DNA of 64,000 nucleotides, from the NCBI RefSeq assembly GCF_902652985.1, contig NC_047023.1, positions 8,866,001 through 8,930,000 on the forward strand, read 5' to 3'. Within the stretch, counting starts at the first letter, position 1. The number at the start of each line of letters is the position of its first letter. This document shows, piece after piece, positions 60,861 to 64,000 of the stretch. The notes under the pieces are model-generated. The model worked only from the letters and a program-made list of their open reading frames with translations, ran no database searches and was not told the DNA's origin. Source of the DNA: Pecten maximus. Lineage: Eukaryota. Made by a program: the position numbers and the translations under genes.

Positions 60861-61888
60861 ACATTCCCTCGACAAAACAACATAGAACAGTTTACTTGTT
60901 ATATATTGCTATTTGGCAGACTTCTTTATCTAATGAGGAATCAAATTTCCTCTGTCTGATGAGAAATTAGACTGATGAATACAGACAAACTTTAAAAACT
61001 CTCTTCTTTAAAGACAAGTTAGGACTTGTCTGTGTAGTTTTTGCTACAAGTTCATCAATTACCGCAGAGACATATAAATTTAAAACCCATTTAAAATTTG
61101 CAAATGGCTAAAGTAAAATATTCTGCAATTCTCCGTTCTCGGCATCATCAATCAAATTTGAGCGAAAGAGGTGATAGACTTTGGATTTCAATACATGGTT
61201 TCACTTGTGAGGGTATTTGTGTAGTAACTGTTGCATGAAGGGCCAATTGTTGATTCAGTCTGCACCAAAGGTTAGCAGATGATGACACATTGATACCTGA
61301 GATAGATGAATGGTGTCCATTCAGTACGTAATGATGTGTTCGGAGAAGTCTGTAGGAGAGAGACGTCCAGATCAGCAGTTTTCCTGAATGTCTGGGCTAA
61401 TTCATCTGATATGCAGTTATGATGATCCATTGCTTTACCATGCAGACGATGAAGTCCGATTCCTCGGAGATACCATAATTTATTTACTCATAATTTTCAT
61501 AATTTGTTAAAGAGATGATAATTTATTCTTCTGTTATTATATAGGTTTAATTGGATTTTTGTGGTTTTTCTATCATTCTGTTTCTGCCATATGAATGCAA
61601 ATATATCTATACCACCTCACAAGGCCCATAATTAATATACAGATACTGACTCATGTCCCCCCTATCTGCAACATCACCATCATGTGGTTTTTATTCATAC
61701 ACAAATGCTGGAAAAATAATGAATTTCAATGAGATTTTAAATCATAATTTTGACAGGTGAAAGTGACCTTTAACCTACTGAGGTCAAACACAATGACCTG
61801 TCAATGATATACACTTGGTGTGGAACCTCTCAAGGAAAGTTGTGTCTCACCCCGATGGTGTTAAGTTTGTGTATGTATTGTATATTAT

Positions 61889-62311
61889 TATACCCCCGCA
61901 ACGAAGTTTGGGGGGTATATTGGAATTAGGTTGTCTGTACGTCTGTAGACACAACGATGTACCTGCTACTCCTCCTGAACTACTGAGGGAATTTCAACGA
62001 AATTTTTTGGCAATAACCCTTATACATTGTAGATGGGCGTAATCTATATCATGTTGTAATTTTGTGGTTACCATGGTAACCAGGTCACTATTCTTTTTTT
62101 GGGTGAGGGGGAATTTTGTCCAGTCAACTTCTCATAAACCTGTGAACTGCAAAGTTGATAAACACGTGTAAATGTGCATGCATGATGATATTTCTCTACA
62201 AAATTTTTGGTTTCCATGGTTACCAGGTTTCAATACCCATATCAAAATCTTCACCAGAGGGGTGGTGGACGGGCAGGGGGTACGAGTTTGCCCTGTGGAC
62301 AACAGTTCTAA
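61889..62311 (+). mobile_element. HINE with DINE-1-like TATACCCC subterminal repeats
   Basis: 5' TATACCCCCGCAAC-gaa-GTTTGGGGGGTATA stem-loop; (GTCT) microsatellite remnant; 3' GCAGGGGGTAC followed by a small hairpin gtttgccctgtggacaac and agttctaatt. Confidence 0.75.
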
Positions 62312-62524
62312 TTGTATATATTCTTATAAAGAGGACTACCGGATGTTTCTACATCAAATCACTTCAGTGCTTCAATGACATTGGGTCGATGTAGAAAAAA
62401 ACAGGTAATACAGCTTTGTCCAGTTACACCTTCAATACAGTTTTGTCAAGTAACATTTTCATCTTCACTACAGCTTGTCAAGAAGCATCCTAAAGTAAAT
62501 TAAACCTCTTTTGTCTGTTTTTAC

Positions 62525-62925
62525 CATGATTCTTACAAACAATGAAAAATGCTGGAATTTGAGATCAGTGCTTGAAAATTACTAGAATTCGTAATTACTT
62601 ATAAATATGCTTTTTCAGATTCCTTGAAAATGAGTATCATAATTTATCTTAAGAAAATTATTAAAAGGTTTTAATTATCAGCGCATTTACTGTAATTTTT
62701 GATGACATCCGGATTAGGGTATTTTGTTATTTATTACAAGTGCAGTCTTTTGATCATGTACTTTCTTACACAACAGAAAGTTATTATTTTTTTTTACATT
62801 AAAGACAAAAACTACCTCAATTTGAATTTCCTTCAAGTTTTAACAATTTTAAATGTGCTTGGAAAATTGAGAAAAAGTGCCGGAAAGTGCTTGAATTTTG
62901 GTATGAAAACTCTGTACAAACCATG
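62525..62925. mobile_element. Degenerate hAT-like MITE
   Basis: Imperfect TIRs catgattcttaca / tgtacaaaccatg (10 of 13) with repeated subterminal gtgcttgaa/tgctggaa motifs at both ends; no TSD recognisable. Confidence 0.45.
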
Positions 62926-63682
62926 CTTACAGTATAGCTCAGATTTCAGGTCCAGTTAGATCTATAAACATCAGATAGACCTTCATCCCTTATCTATGGT
63001 AGCCTTGCTAGCTCAGACAGTAGGGATTACTTCCCTTTAACATAGTGGTCAGGTGGTGGTCTATAATTAGATAAAAAGAGGATGCTAGCTCCCAGCAAGG
63101 AAAAGGACTTTTTTCTCTCTTCCTTCCGATTTCCAATGGTACAAGCACTAAAGCTCCTTCCTATTAGTCACCTTCCCCTGTCTCAACCTAGGAACTAATG
63201 GTTGGCACTAATTTCAGTCCCCTAGTGTTCGTAACCGTGGGAACGAGAGGTCCGCCAGGCAAAATAAAAACTGCAGTCTCTCAGGTATTTAGGTACATAC
63301 TCTATGATTAACTGGTATATTCATTGTGTCACCGCTCTTGTGACAAGTTATTAAATACCTGCCTGGCATGGCATAATTTTGAGGTAAATACATGTATATA
63401 CAGAAAATTCATCTGTTTTTATAATGGTCATTGTCTGTCAGGAAATTTTAAGCAGTAGGTTACATGGCCCGTGGAGTTGACCTGTGCTGACAGGACTGGC
63501 AGCAGGTAATTAGTAAAGATGAATACATCTGTACACAGGTACCTGCAGGTAGACTCGTCAGGTAAGTATACGTCATTTGTGAAAAAAAATGTTTCCGCAG
63601 GTCATCCCGAGTCTCCTGTAATTACTTCGTGTGAAAAGATTAAGTCTCACATTTAGCTGATGTAGCACTTTAAAGTTTTATA

Positions 63683-64000
63683 GGGAAAAAACTGAATGTA
63701 GAAAGTCGTCAAAGGGAAAAAAAACTGAATGAAAAAAGTCATTACAAGTAAAAATTGAATAAAGAAAGTCGTTACAAGTAAAACTGGATGTAGAAAGTCG
63801 TCAAAGGTGCAAACTGGATGTAGAAAGTTGTCACAGGTGCAAACTGGATGTAGAAAGTCGTCACAGGTGAAAACTGGATGTAGAAAGTCGTCAAAGGTGA
63901 AAACTGGATGTAGAAAGTCGTCACAGGTAAAAACTGAATGTAGAAAGTCGTCAAAGGTGAAAACTGAATGTAGAAAGTCGTCAAAGGTGAAAACTGAATG
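63683..64000. repeat. 30-bp minisatellite (AAACTGGATGTAGAAAGTCGTCACAGGTGA), runs off the right edge
   Basis: Direct periodicity; explains ORF 63772-63984. Confidence 0.96.

Noticed and set aside
60507-60970. His/Pro-rich 118-aa ORF resembling a metal-binding or shell-matrix protein
   Set aside because: Arises from a (CAC)n low-complexity tract open in several frames on both strands; flanks are TE-like fragments with no splice signals
63562-63600. GTAAGT...TTTCCGCAG mini-intron
   Set aside because: Only 39 nt, too short for a typical metazoan intron, and no flanking coding frame recognised

Overview
AT-rich eukaryotic DNA. The repeat families (V- and Meta/Deu-domain SINEs, Helentron-type HINEs carrying internal satellites) point to a bivalve mollusc, probably a scallop; this is an inference. 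I found no intact protein-coding gene. Almost all long ORFs in the track are artefacts of stop-free tandem repeats. The only recognisable protein similarity is the N-terminus of a piggyBac (PGBD-type) transposase, in a 1,237-bp internally deleted piggyBac inserted at a TTAA of a 41-bp satellite. A CpG-rich segment at about 6.3-6.5 kb has two E2F motifs, an E-box and a strong CCG|GTAAGT donor. It looks like a promoter plus non-coding first exon, so the rest of the window may be one very long intron. That region holds about 10 mini/satellite arrays (16, 19, 24, 30, 32, 33, 41, 52 and 56 bp units; a 21-bp array lies upstream), many HINEs including one nested in another, tRNA-derived SINEs sharing a 3' tail, and several MITEs. 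The most notable structure is a complete miniature LTR retrotransposon (TRIM, 29834-30839). It has a 4-bp CTTT TSD, a polypurine tract and tRNA-like Pol III boxes inside its LTRs, and is hidden because a HINE interrupts its 5' LTR. Two solo tRNA-bearing LTRs are also present.
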